From the human T2T-CHM13v2.0 reference genome, Homo sapiens: a stretch of 64,000 nt of DNA. Position numbers and translations under genes: made by a program. The DNA lies in assembly GCF_009914755.1 (NCBI RefSeq), contig NC_060947.1; one strand, written 5' to 3'. Each line of letters starts with the position of its first letter. Within the stretch, counting starts at the first letter, position 1. Below the pieces are notes generated by a model. The model did not search any database. It was given only the letters and a program-made list of their open reading frames with translations, and was not told the DNA's origin. Of this stretch, positions 1-14,232 are shown piece after piece.

Positions 1-589
1 TTTGACTACTGAATTGAGACAGCTTGTTGCTTTTTCTTGGCATATTAGATTGATTATACATGAAAACCTATCTGAGATGTTTTCTACAATGTCTATCCAT
101 CATATGAAGGACTTAATGTCTCTGTGGTTAGACAAAGATAATACAAGCCATCTTAGAAGGTATGCTGTATAGGTTGCCCACGAAATAAACAAACAAACAA
201 ACTGGAATTCAACATGGCTGCCCAAGGTCAACCTAGACTACTTAATGAAGTTCAGCCATAGACTAGCTACCATTTTTCGTAGAGAATTGTTTCCTCTTTG
301 GAGCAATGCTTATCGTATATAAACTTTGTAATCAGTCTCTTCACATTCTTTTAAATATCTCATTGGCTATATATTGGCCTTTCCAAAACAATCAAGTGTC
401 CTACTGTGAGTTCTCAACATTACTAATGGACATTGAAGAGACAGTTTTACAATAAAGTTTTGAAGGCTTAACACTGGAATTAGGAGCTATTCAGTATAGC
501 ATCTTCAGGGTCAGGGCATTCTCTGAAAAAAACATAGGATCCTACAAGATAGAAAACCCTACTTCACTCTCCTCTCTATCTAATTTCTA

Positions 590-1727
<1,138 letters not shown>

Positions 1728-1730
<3 letters not shown>

Positions 1731-1901
1731 CCCACTCTGCTTCGGCTCACCCTCCTTGGGCTGCACCCACTATCTAATCAGTCCCAATGAGATGAGCCGG
1801 GTACCTCAGTTGGAAATGCAGAAATCACTTGCTTTCTGCGTTGATCTCACTGGGAGCTGCAGACAGGAGCTGTTCCTATTCGGCCATCTTGCCGGCCACC
1901 C
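1728..1901 (-). mobile_element. L1PA (L1PA7/8-like) 5'UTR, first ~170 bp only
   Basis: Antisense of GGGTGGCCGGCAAGATGGCCGAATAGGAACAGCTCC...CCAACTGAGGTACC, the L1PA 5' start with its YY1 motif. Confidence 0.9.
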
Positions 1902-1938
1902 CATTGGTTCTCTTTCTCTGGAGAACCTTGACTAACAT
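1902..1938 (+). mobile_element. MLT2-like (ERVL) LTR 3' terminus remnant
   Basis: attggttctctttctctggagaaccttgactaacata resembles the MLT2 end (...ctctggagaaccctgactaataca). Confidence 0.55.
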
Positions 1939-3635
1939 ATACTTTTTACCTGGTATTCACACCATCGTCTCTATGATTCAACATAGAATGGTGATTCTGT
2001 CTCCTTGAACATAGTTGATGGAACCATGGACTATGTACCTGACCTGTGGCTTGGCTTAAAAATTTTTTGTTCGTCTATCAGGTCTATTCTCTTGGGAATC
2101 CAAACTGAGAAAATAAAGCAATTGGCATCAGGAACTGTGACTGAAAGAATGTATATAGAGACGTCTCATGATTTACAATCAGCAGCCAGGAGGCCTCGTG
2201 GCAGGCTAGATTTTAAGGAAGCAGATACTCTGAGAGCTACAGAGAAACCATAAGCAAGAGATCATGTAGCCTGTGTGAGAGGAGATAACAGCCAATCCCT
2301 AGATTTTTCTTGGCTTCTAATGTTTTTCCTGTACCAGTGCCTGTGTATCCTCACAACAAACTCCACTTCGCAAGGCTTCTTGTGTGATTTCCTGTTTCTC
2401 ACAACCTGTGGAGCCCAGTTAGAACTTGGCACAGTCTTCAGAGGCCTCCATGACTGCTCATATTTTTAGGAAATATGCTTTCATCAGTTCCCTAACACAG
2501 CTTATATTTCTCTTACAAGGCCTCCAACATTAATAATAAAAAAGAGAAATAAAATGATCGAAAAGAAAGGAAATGCCTCAAATGAAACCAACTCATGGGA
2601 AAACACTAGATATAACTGGATTAATCCATTCTTTAAAAATAAGCAGTTGCTCTCCGTGGTTTTTCTTTGGCCAAATTTAAAGGCCAGGAGAAGTTTGAAC
2701 ATACCTCTGGACTATGTAAATATCTCTCTTTCTTTACATTAGGATACCCACAGTGGAAAGGCTCCGTATGGAAACAGTGCTAAATGCATCTCAGGTGGGC
2801 TTTTCCAAGAAGTGTTACAACAGTATTTCCTCAAAGGAGGCATATAGAAGCACATATGAAGGGAGAGAACTGTCTCCCAATAGGATAGCAGAGACAGAAG
2901 GCAAAAGAGGCACTAAGTCAGACAACCGTTCTGTATTTGTTTTAATGAGGAGAAGAGGAAAATGTGCCCAGAGCAGCTATATAAGACTGACGGTGAGCAA
3001 TTAAACTGTCTATAACGTTTTTGGTATTGCTGTTATAAGAAGCTTCTAAAATGGATGAGACACCAGAATCAGTCAGCCTGCTTACATGCTGAGTCAAAAA
3101 AATAGAAATCCCTTGGGGAGATTTGAGCACTTGCTTGGTTCTGGCGGAAGTGCTGCTGATTGAAAAGTGGCAGGTGGCATGTTCTCCTTGGGATAAATGC
3201 CCTTTTGAGTCAATTGGCAGGCACCTCAGGGGCCCATGTTTGAATGAAGCTGAAGGGACACTTGGGCCATTTTTCCTCCTGTCTTATTACCAGAAATACA
3301 AATTTAGGTAAATGACATGGAGTAGTATTTCTCAGTTCTTTTTTCCAAATGATTTCCCTTTTTACCAAGCATAAATATCTCATGCCCTTTTCTAATGTTA
3401 TTGGAAATTTCAAAATAAATTAAAATCTGATGTAAAACAAATCATTGTAATGGGACTAAAGATTACTTTCACACTAAGCATTTATTCTTTTAACGTCACT
3501 AAACAGGATATGAAAGTTATCAAGTTTTAACCTAAATTTTAAAGTCAAAGTTATGCAGTTACTCAAGTTTCTTGAATGATAAACATATTCTGTAGCTCTC
3601 ATGTGTATTCCTCTCTCTCCCCCATATATATACAA

Positions 3636-3660
3636 ACACACACACACACACACACACATA
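3636..3660. repeat. (CA)n microsatellite
   Basis: Direct read, about 11-12 units. Confidence 0.95.
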
Positions 3661-3801
3661 TATGTTTTCTTAATGTTGAGCTAGATGCTGTGACCAGTTT
3701 ATACCTATAAAAGAGCACAAAAATATTTGTTGTTAATATATTTGTGAGACAAGACTTTCACACCTAACATCTAAGTTGGCTATCATTGCAGAGTTATGAT
3801 A

Positions 3802-4163
3802 CTATGTTGAATTATAGAGACGATAGTGTGAATACCAGGTAAAATGTATGTGTTAGTCAAGTTTCTCCAGAGAAAGAGAACCAGTGGGGTGGCTGGCAAG
3901 ATGGCCGAATAGGAACAGCTCCGGTCCGCAGCTCCCAGTGAGATCAACACAGAAGGCAGATGATTTCTGCATTTCCAACTGAGGTACCCAGCTCTCTATA
4001 TACATTCTTTCAGTCTCAGTTCCTGATGCCAATTACTTTATTTTCTCAGTTTGGATTCCCAAGGGAATAGACCTGATAGACCAACAAAAAAATTTAAGCC
4101 AAGCCACAGGTCAGGTACATAGTCCATGGTTCCACCAACTATGTTCCAGGAGATGGAATCACC
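3802..4163 (-). repeat. Inverted, circularly permuted duplicate of 1794-2161
   Basis: 3802-3994 = reverse complement of 1794-1986; 3993-4163 = reverse complement of 1990-2161; roughly 90% identity by eye. Confidence 0.92.
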
Positions 4164-4229
4164 TGATCTGTGTAAGACTATCCCTCCTGAACTGGTAATG
4201 AGTAGATGTTTTCTCTTAAAAGGAATTTC

Positions 4230-4269
4230 AAACAGATAAGAACAGATACTACACTTGATCTTAGCCAAA
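4230..4269 (-). pseudogene. U2 snRNA fragment (about nt 16-55) fused to the 5' end of an L1
   Basis: Reverse complement TTTGGCTAAGATCAAGTGTAGTATCTGTTCTTATCtGTTT matches U2 with one mismatch and includes the GTAGTA branch-point recognition sequence. Confidence 0.93.
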
Positions 4270-5714
4270 TGCTGGTGGCATCATGCTACCTGACTTCAAA
4301 CTATATTACAAGGCTACAGGAACAAAACAGCATGGTACTGGTACCAAAACAGATATATAGACAAATGGAACAGAACAGAGGCCTCAGAAGTAACACCACA
4401 CATCTGCTACCATCTCACCTTTGACAAACCTGACAAAAACAAGAAATGGGGAAAGGATTCCCTATTTAATAAATGGTGTTGGGGAAACTGGCTAGCAATA
4501 TGCAGAAAACTGAAATTGGACCCCTTCCTTATACCTTATACAAAATTTAACTCAAGATGGATTAAAGACTTACATGTTAGACCTAAAACCATAAAAACCC
4601 TAGAAGAAAACCTAGGCAATACCATTCAGGACATAGGCATGGGCAAACACTTCATGACTAAAACACCAAAAGCAATGGCAACAAAAGCCAAAATAGACAA
4701 ATGGGATCTAATTAAACTAAAGAGCTTCTGCACAGCAAAAGAAACTATCATCAGAGTGAACAGTCAACCTACAGAATGGGAGAAAAATTTTGCAATCTAT
4801 CCATCTGACAAAGGGATAATATCCAGAATCTACAACGAACTTAAACAAATTTAGAAGAAAAACAAATAACCCCATCAAAAAGTGGACAAGGGATAGGAAC
4901 AGACACTTCTAAAAAGAAGACATTTATGTGGCCAACAAACATATGAAAAAAAGCTCATCATCACTGGTCATTAGAGAAATGCAAATCAAAACCACAATGA
5001 GACACCATCTCACATCAGTTAGAATGGCGATCATTAAAAAGTCAGGAAACAACAGATGCTGGAGAGGATGTGGAGGAATAGTACCACTTTTACAGTGTTG
5101 GTGGGAGTGTAAATTAGTTCAACCATTGTGGAACACAGTGTGGCGATTCCTAAAGGATCTAGAACCAGAAATACTATTTGACCCAGCAATCTCATTACTG
5201 GGTATATACCCAAAGGATTATAAATCATTCTACTGTGAAGACACATGCACACGTATGTTTATTGCAGCACTGTTCACAATAGCAAAGACTTGGAACCCAC
5301 CCGAATGCCCATCAATGATAGACTGGATAAAGAAAATGTGGCACATATACACCATGGAATACTATGCAGCCATAAAAAAGGATGAGTTTGTGTCATTTAC
5401 AGGGACATGGATGAAGCTGGAAACCATCACTCCCAGCAAACTAACACAGGAACAGAAAAACGAACACCGTATGTTCTCACTCATAAGTGGGAATTGAACA
5501 ACGAGAACACATGGACACAGGGAGGGGAACATCACCTGCCAGGGACTGTCGGGAGGTGAGGGGATGGGGAGGGAGAGCATTAGGAGAAATACCTAATGTA
5601 GATGACGGGTTGATGGGTGCAGAAAACCACCATGTCACGTGTATACCTACGTAACAAACCTGCATGTTCTGCACATGTATCCCAGAACTTAAAGTATAAT
5701 TTAAAAAAAAAAAA
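4270..5714 (+). mobile_element. 5'-truncated L1PA (L1PA7-like): ORF2 C-terminal part, 3'UTR, poly(A)
   Basis: ORF2 fragments in the track (4516-4854, 4928-5497 ending ...HRMFSLISGN); L1PA 3'UTR; TSD aaaaggaa(t/c)ttcaa at 4218-4231 and 5728-5741. Confidence 0.95.
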
Positions 5715-5749
5715 TCTAGAAGGAAAAAAAAGGAACTTCAAGACACACT

Positions 5750-8557
5750 TCAGAGAAAAGTGGCAGAGTAGGCAGCTCTCATTTTTTTTGTGCCCACCGC
5801 CACCCCAACAAATTAAACACAAGCAGAAACTGTCAAAACCAACTGTTTCAGAACTGGAAAACAGTCAAAGGTTTACAACAATCAAGCAAACACTGAATTA
5901 AGAATAAAAGCAACTTCAAAACAGTAGGAAAGCTTTGGGTCATTTTTATTTGCCTTTATTCCAAGTCTTCCCTGCCACAACAGGAGCCTTAGCCCACATT
6001 CCCAGTGTAAGACTCTGATCACTGGTGCCAAAGGAACAGAGCAGACCTTATTTGCAGATTATCATTTATGTCTATTCTAGCATGTCTGTGGCAGGCTATT
6101 GATAAAAGGAACTTATCTCTGTTTCACCTAACTCAGACTCACTAAGAAAAAGCAAGAGGCACCACTCAAAAACACTGCAAGCCCAACTAAAAACCCATCA
6201 ACATCTGGGACAAAAGATTAATGTTGCAATATATAATAAAATGTGTAAGGCCTGGGAGCTAAAGTTGGGAAAAATTTCTTTGGAAAATTGGGAAATTCAA
6301 CAGCACCTATGTATAGCAAGGAATTTATGAAGCAACATAAATGCCAAGGGTAAGATGCATACTTAGAAAACACAGAGAGAACCCTAAGTTTTCATTTTGG
6401 GCTGAATATTGGAATCAGTGCAAGCAAGCCTAAATACGGAAGTAGAACTCCGAAACACAGGTAATGTGGAAAGGCTGAGAGATATGTTTTCCATTTGTGT
6501 GTATTGTTGTTGTCTTTTTGTTTTTGTTTGTTTGCTTTTAGCTCCAGGCACTCAAGAAATATCTGTCAAATTTAGTATAGTACTAGGATTACTAGCAAGA
6601 ACAATCAGACAAGAAGAAATGAAAACCATCCAAATCAAATCAAAAGAAGTAACATTTTCCCTGGTTGCAGATGACATGATCCTATATGTAGAAAATACTA
6701 AAGAATCTGCAAAAATAATAATACATGAATTCAGCAAAGTAGAAAGATACAAAATCAACATACAAAACTCAGTGGCATTTCTTTACACCAATAATAATCT
6801 CTATGAAAAAAAAAAAACCAAGAAAACAATCCCATATACAATACCTAAAAAAATAACTGTTTAGGAATAAATTTAACCAAGTAAGTAGAAGATCCATACA
6901 CTAAAAACTATAAAAGACTGATTAAAAAAATTGAAGAAGACACAAATAAATGAAAAGATAAGCTATATTCATGGATTGGAAGAAATAATATTGTTAAAGT
7001 GTCCATACTACCCAAGTGATTCAAGTGATCTACAATTTCAATGCAATCCCTAACAATTATCCAATGGCATTTTCGACAAAAATACAAAAAAAAAAAAACA
7101 AAAAAAAAAAACCTTTTCTAAAGTGTGTATGGAACCACAAAAGACCCCTCCTAACCAAAATAATATTAAGACAAAAAAGCAAATGAAGGCATCATACTTC
7201 CTGATTTCATCTTATATTACAAAGCTATAATAATCAAAACAGTGTGGTATTGGCATAAACACAGACAAAGACCAAGGGGACAGAATAGGAACCCCAGAAA
7301 TAAACTCAAGCCTATATGGTCAACTAATTTTCCACAAGGGCACCAAGAGTACACAATGGGAAAAGGACAGTCTCTTTAATAAATGGTAATGGGAAAAGCG
7401 GATATCCACAAGCAAAAAAAAAAAAAGACAAGAGAAGAAACTGGAACTTTCTTTAACCCCATACATCAACTTGAAATGTATTAAAAGACCTGAACATAAG
7501 ACCCAAAACTGTAAAACACCAAACAAAAAATTGAGTGGAAATTCTTCATGACATTAGCCTGGGTAATGATTTTTTAGATATCACGCCAAAAGTTCAGGTG
7601 AGAAAATCAAAAATGAACCAGTTAAACTATATCAAACTAAAAAGCTTTTCCACAGCAAAGGAGACAATCAACAGAATGAAAAAGTAACCTACAAAATAGG
7701 AGAACATATTTGCTAGCCATATACATATAAACATATAAGAAATTCAGACAACTCAATAATAAAAAAATTAAAAATCAGACAACAGACCTAAATAGACCTA
7801 AATTTTTACAAAGCAGATATACAAATGGACAATGGGTATATGAAAAGGTGCTCAACATCACTAATCATCAAAGAAATACAACACCATGAGATATTAACTC
7901 ATACCGATTTCGGTGTTAGATGGCTACTATCAAAAAGACAAGAGATGTGTTGGTGAGTATGTGAAGAAAAGGGAACTCTTCTACACTGATGATAATAATG
8001 TAAATTGTTACAGCCATTATGAAAAACAGTATGAAGCTTCCTCAACAAAATTTTCAAAAAGAGCTACAGTACGATACAGCAATTCCTCTTCTGGGTATGT
8101 ACCTAAAGGAAATGAAATCAGCACATTGCAGAGCTATCTGCAACTCAATGTTCACGGAAGCATTATTAACACTAGCCAATATATAAAAGCAAACTAGGTA
8201 CCCATCAACAGATGATTAGATAAATAAATCATGGCATATATACACAATGAATATTATTCAGCCTTAGAAAAGAAAGAGATACTGCCATTTGGGATGACAT
8301 GGATGAACCTGAAGGACATTATGCTGGGTGAAATAAGTGAGACTTAGAAAGACAAATAATGTATGATCTCACACTTATTTGACTTTTTAAGAGAGTCAAA
8401 TAAATACAAACGAAGAGTAGAAAGGTGGATAGCAGAGGTGAGGAGGGAAGGAAATGGGAAGAAGTAGGTCAAAGTAGGTCAAAATTCCACCTAACCACTT
8501 TGCAGTTAGGTGGAACAAATAATGTACAGGATAAGGACTATAGTTAATAATATTGTA
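5750..8557 (+). mobile_element. Old L1M: probable 5' region (5750-6570) joined by deletion to ORF2 3' half and partial 3'UTR (L1MA8-like)
   Basis: ORF 6409-6864 carries the decayed RT motif VADDMILYVEN; L1 ORF2/3'UTR sequence runs to ~8557. The 5' assignment is weaker. Confidence 0.75.
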
Positions 8558-9935
8558 TAACTGAATATTCATATACAGAGGAATGAAACTGGACCACTCT
8601 CTCTCACCATGTACAAAAATCAAAACAAAATGGATTGAAGACTTAAATATAAGACCTCAATCTATTAAGCTACTACAGGAAAACATTGGGGAAACTCTCC
8701 AGGAAATAGGACTGGACAAAGATTTCTTGAATAATACCCCGCTAGCACAGGCAACCAAAGCAAAAATGGACTAATGGGATTACATCAAGTTAAAATGATT
8801 CTGCACAGGAAAAGAAACAATCAACAAAGTGCAAAGACAACCCAAAGAATGGAAGAAATTATTTGAAAACTACTCATCTCACAAGGGATTGATTAATAAC
8901 CAGAATATATAAGGAGCTCAAACAGCTCTGTAGGAAAAAATCTAATGATCTGATTTTAAAATGGGCAAAAGATTTTAATAGACATGTCTCAAAAGAAGAC
9001 ATACAAATGGCAATCAGGTATACGAAAATGTGTTCAACATCATTGGTCATCAGAGAAATGCAAATCAAAACTACAATAAGATATCATCTCACTCCAGTTA
9101 AAATGCCTTTTATCCAAAAGTCAGGCAATAATGAAGGCTGGCAAGGATGTGGAGAAAAGGGAAAACTTGTATGCTATTGGTGGGAATGTAAATTAGTGCA
9201 ACCACTATGGAGAACACTATGGAGTTCTTCAGAAAACTAAAAATAGGACTACTATATGACCCAACAATCCAAAAGAAAAAAAAATGGTATATCAAAGAGA
9301 TATCTGCACGTCCATGTTTATTGCAGCACTATTCACAAAAGCGAAGATTTTAAAACATCAACATCTGTGTCCATCGACAGATGACTAGATAAAGAAAAAG
9401 TGTTACATATGCACAAGGGAGTACTACTCTGCTATAAAAAAGAATGAGATCCTGTCATTTGCAACAACATGGATGGAACTGGAGACTATTATGCTAAGTG
9501 AAATAAGCCAGGCATGGAAAGACAAGATTTGCATGTTCTCACTTATTTGTGGGAGCTAAAAATGAAAACAATTGAACTCATGGAGATATAGAGTAGAATG
9601 ATGGTTACCAGAGGCTGGGAAGGGGAGGGGGGAGGGGGAGGGGGAAGTGGAGATGATTAACGGTTACAAAACCTATAGAAAGAGTGAATGAGGTCTAGTA
9701 TTTGCTAGCACAACAGGGTAACTACAGTCAATAATTTAATTGTACATTTAAAAATAACTAAAAGAGTGTAATTGGATTGCTTGTAACACAAAGGATAAAT
9801 GCTTGAGGTGATGGATACCCCATTTACCCTGATGTGATTATTACACATTGTCTGTATCAAAATATCTCATGTATCCCACAAATATATACACCTACTATGT
9901 ACCCATAAAAATTAAAAATAATAAAAAGAAAAGAG
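8558..9935 (+). mobile_element. 5'-truncated L1MA (L1MA2-4-like)
   Basis: Restarts in ORF2 (KLDHSLSPCTKIKTKWIEDLN); complete 3'UTR ending cacctactatgtacccataaaaattaaaaa plus A-rich tail. Confidence 0.9.
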
Positions 9936-9984
9936 AACAAGCTATTGCCTCTGCTCCTAAGCACCTCACTTGTCACTGAGGAGA

Positions 9985-10291
9985 CATGTTAGGTGGTAGC
10001 CTTTGGTAAAAGCTTCTCTGTCAGACCTTTAAAGTGTCAGACTTTAGTCTCCTTTCCCTGTAAGTTAATTTTTGCTAGCCTAGAATAAGTCAGCCTCAGA
10101 GAAAGCCTGTTTGCCTCAGCTGTTTACCTTGCTGTTTACCTCACTAATGTAGATTTTCTGTACGGATGCAAATCTTCTCCACAAAAGACAGCCTTTCAGA
10201 AGTATTCCTGTGGTTTGCAGCCCCTCTGAATAGACATATGGAAATATGCCAAAGAAGGATATTTTGGGGTAAAATATTCTGGTTTACTTCA
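9985..10291 (-). mobile_element. ERV1 LTR fragment, MER34/MER39 group
   Basis: Reverse complement begins TGAAGTAAACCAGAATATTTTACCCCAAAATA, similar to the LTR start at 25025. Confidence 0.7.
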
Positions 10292-10875
10292 ATAGCAATA
10301 AACGCCTACATTGACAACAAGAAAGAGCCCGAATAAACAACCTCACATTATGCCCCAAGAAGCTAGAAAAAGAACAAATAAAACCTGAAAAATCTAATAA
10401 AAATTAGCAAATGAAGGGGAAAGGAGCATTAAAATAATAAATCTAAAAATATATTATCTCGAGTAAAGACATATTGCTAAAGAATGTGTATAAAATTCAA
10501 GTAAGGCTCGAAGCATGCAAATAATACCATATATTGTCTATACTATATATTACTTGCATATAATAAAAATTTGTAAAAACATGCTCAGAATTGAAACACA
10601 TCAAATACAGCAGAGGAGGTGTGCAATCAGGTTTTCACTCTTTAAAAACTACATTTGACTGATACTGAAGTTGGGTGATGAGATATTGAATGCATTGGGT
10701 GCATTATTCTCTCCTCTTTGGGTTCTGTTTAAAAATTTTGATGATAGAGTTACTATACAGAACAAACAACTATAAAAAATCAAAAAAACTTTAAGACAAC
10801 TGGAAAATTTTAATTACAGTCTGGGTATTAGATAATATTAAGAACATTTTACTAATTCTTCAGGTACAATAATAG

Positions 10876-11577
10876 TGAAACTGCCTTTGCAAAAATTATA
10901 GCTGAGGAAATTATGACAGTGAAAGAGATCTGACCTAACCAACTCCATCTTGCTTTCAACCTTGAAGCTGTCTTTTCTCATTCCTAGGAATGGGCCAAGC
11001 TAACTTTGGGAGAAATTTAGTTTATAGTTTAAATATTAGTCCTTCCCCACAACTAAAATATTCTTGTAAAACTAATGAAAGGCCACCAAGTGAGGATGGG
11101 AGGAGCTTGAATTCTACATAATTACCAGCAATTATTCCAGAGGTCATAAGATTTGCAACTTTCCCAATTACTACTGAAGATAATATCACTATTGTAGAAT
11201 CTAAGATTGGCCTTTTGAGATGTCTTTTCACGTTTTTGCATTTCTGACAACCAGATGGCTCCACCTGGACCTGCCAACCAGTCCTTGTGGCCCCCACCCA
11301 GGAACTGACTCAACGTAAGAGGACAGCATCAACTCCCTATGATTTCATCTCCGAGCCAACCTATCAGCACTCCCAACTTACTGGTCCCCTATGCAGCAAA
11401 TTATTCGTAAAAACTCCGATCCTCAAACTCTCAGGGAGACTGATTTGAGTAATAAGTCTCCAGTCTCCTGGACAGCCAGCTCTGTGTGAATTAAACACTT
11501 TCTCTATTGCAATCCCCTGTATTAATAAATTGGCCCTGTCTAGACAGCAGGAAAGGAGAACCCATTGGGTTGTCACA
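10876..11577 (+). mobile_element. Solo LTR8A-like (ERV1)
   Basis: TG...CA termini; starts tgaaactgcctttgcaaaaattatagctgaggaaattatgacagtgaaagaga; 4-bp TSD atag. Confidence 0.88.
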
Positions 11578-11840
11578 ATAGCACAATGGTCATGTGAATG
11601 AAACAAATGATCTCAGTAATTCATACCAAAATATTTACAACTGAACAACATCATGTCTAGGATTTTCTTTAAAAACATTCTGGCAAAATTTTAAGAAGGG
11701 GTAGAGGAGGATAGGTGAAAATTAGATTGGCAATTGTTGCTAATTGTTAAAACTGAATAAAGGTTACATGAGTATTCATTATAATATATATTTCACTTTG
11801 GTATATTTAACTTTGTATACACAATATTATATTATACTAC

Positions 11841-12402
11841 TACAGGGGCTAAGGGAAAACTCCCCCTTTGACCTCTGAAATTTCACTGAAAAATTAACTG
11901 ATAAAAGGCAGATTAATAGGAGAAATGGCATACAAATGTATTAGCATGCACAGGGGAGAATCGCAGAGTGATTACTCAATATCTCTCATAGGGCCCAGAT
12001 AATTATATAGCATTATTTCAGAGGGGAGCAGGGAGATGGGGAATATAGGTAATTCTGTTGAGGGGCAATAAGTGATTTGCTAGGGAGAATAAGTGGATCG
12101 AGGAATGGAGATTAACTTGTAAGAGTTTCTCTTAGAAAACTGAATGAGCCTGAGAGATAGACACTATTTTGTGAGAGGGTCTGTTCAGTCCTGGTTACAT
12201 TCTTGGTCTTTTCCACAATAAATAATGAGACAACAGGGAATGGAAGGAAGAACAATTGTTCTCCTTGGTGGGTCCTTCTGGTTTTTATGCAGATAAGGGA
12301 AAAGTTTCTTCCAGTGTCTGTTGGTCTCTAAGAGCCTTTAATTCAAATTACTCATTTTAGCAGGGAGCCATATTGGGGGATGAAGATCCCTGCACTCCTT
12401 CA
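11841..12402 (-). mobile_element. ERV1 solo LTR (MER34/MER39/LTR48-group-like)
   Basis: ttcactgaaaaattaactgataaaaggcagattaataggagaaatggcatacaaat is the antisense of the U5 motif shared with the LTRs at 18.1, 21.4 and 25.5 kb. Confidence 0.7.
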
Positions 12403-13168
12403 GTATATTATATTAAAATGTTATGATTGGAAAAAGCTGGAGGTAGATACACAGATATTCATTATATTTCTTCTTTTTATATGTTGGAAATACTGTTTAA
12501 TTTTAAAAAGGGAAAAAACTTATTTAAAAAATTGTATACATTCTCCATATAAACCTTACCAGTTTCTCACAAATATTTCTGTAATACTGCTCTTTAAAAC
12601 TCAAAAAAGCCTACATGTCCTGCAACGTAGATTTTTTAAAAAGACCTTTATCTCAGAAATGTCATATGTTCTAGAAAAACCCCAAGACCTTAGAATTCAT
12701 TTTTAAACTAAAATTTCAAAGATGCAGGAGGCTCCTAACCTCGTTTTCTCTTTGTATTTCCAAAGATCTGTCATGCCCTTTTAATACAATGCCTTCTTTA
12801 TCCCCCAAAGAATTCCTGCTGCTTAACATCTCTGTGAAACCCCTATGGTGCTATGAAGTAGGGGAAATAAAATATGCTCCCCTTGGAGGAAAAGTGTGTG
12901 TCCATAAGAAGTAACTTACCTCTTGGAGGCAAAACACACCCATTTCACTCCCAGAAGAAGATTGTATGCTTTGTCCTGTCAAAATGTAGGACTGTGTATG
13001 GGGAAGGTGGAGAGGGAGATAAAATTTGAGAAGTTAATGAATCAGGAGGCATGGAATATTAGAAAAAGCACCGGGACTGGAGCCAGCTCCACCATGTATT
13101 AGCTGCATAGTCTTGGACAAGCTGTTTTAGTGTCTCTACATTTCAGAGAAGTTGTAATAGGTTTATAT

Positions 13169-13337
13169 CAGTGGTCTTTAATCCTGACTGCACCTTAGAA
13201 TTCCTGGAGATCTTTTTAAAACTTCTAATGCCTGGGCCCTACCCCATTCAAAAATCCCTGGGATACATCTGAAGCAAGGACCATCCTTAATGCTCCTCAG
13301 GTGATTCTAAGCTGCAGCCAGGGTGGTGACCCACTGG
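13169..13337. mobile_element. MER5A-like hAT-Charlie DNA transposon relic
   Basis: cagtggt...caggtgattctaagctgcagccagggtggtgacccactg termini. Confidence 0.75.
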
Positions 13338-13340
13338 TTT

Positions 13341-14004
13341 TGTAACTGTCCAGTGGATTCATTTTGCCCACTGCCCAAATAGAGCTGATTTATCAAGACA
13401 CAGGAATTTCAATAGAGAAAGAATTTAATTCATGCAGAGCCGACTGAATGGGAGACCAGAGTTTTATTATTACTCAAATCAGTTTCCTAATCTCAGATAC
13501 TAGGGTTTTTCAAGCATAGTTTGACGGTAGGGGGCAAGGGAGTGGTGAGTTCTGACTGGTTGGGTCAGAGATTATATCACAGGAAGTCCTCTTGAGCTGA
13601 GTCAGTTCCTGGATGGGGGCCACAGGAACAGCTGGCAGGCCCAGGTGGAGCCATCGGTGGTCAGAAATGGAAAAACCTGAAAAGATATCTCAAAAGGCCA
13701 GTCTTAGGTTCTACAATAGTGATATTATCTGCAGGAGTAATTGGGGAAGTTGCAAATCTTGTGGCTAATTTGTTAGTCTTACAAAGGCAATCTGGTCCCC
13801 AGGCAAGAAGGGAGTTTGTTTTGCGAAAGGGCTGTTATCATCAAAGTTAAACTATAAACTACATTCCTCTCAAAGTTAGTTTGGCCTGTGCCCAGGAATG
13901 AACAAGGGCAGCTTGAAGGTTAGAAGCAGGATGGAATTGGTTAGATCAGACCTATGAACTATCATAACTTTCTCACTGTTATTATTTTTGCAAAAGTGGT
14001 TTCA
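13341..14004 (-). mobile_element. Solo LTR8-family (ERV1)
   Basis: Reverse complement starts TGAAACCACTTTTGCAAAAAT; homologous to 10876-11577 in the opposite orientation; imperfect TSD gttt/gtct. Confidence 0.85.
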
Positions 14005-14232
14005 GTCTAGATCTTGAAGGTCCCCTCCAGCTTATCATTCTACTTGGATATACCTGTAGGAAACTGTGGTAGCTATAATTTTTGCCTTCCTAACATGCTT
14101 CTTCCATAGCTTCTTCCAGTCATAACCACCTTCTGTTGGAAAACATGTTCTATGTAGTTCTGTGGGGTTAATGCCTCCCTCATCTGACATTCAGCACTAT
14201 TCCAGTTTTATTATACTAACTACAATATATAC

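Noticed and set aside
3087-3096. TGCTGAGTCA ARE/MARE-like motif
   Set aside because: Isolated 10-mer lacking the consensus 3' pyrimidine; no supporting context.
5715-5723. tctagaagg between A runs as a 3' transduction
   Set aside because: Too short to distinguish from tail decay.
10876-14004. Two LTR8-family elements as one provirus or a palindrome
   Set aside because: Opposite orientation, clearly diverged, each with its own TSD: independent solo LTRs.
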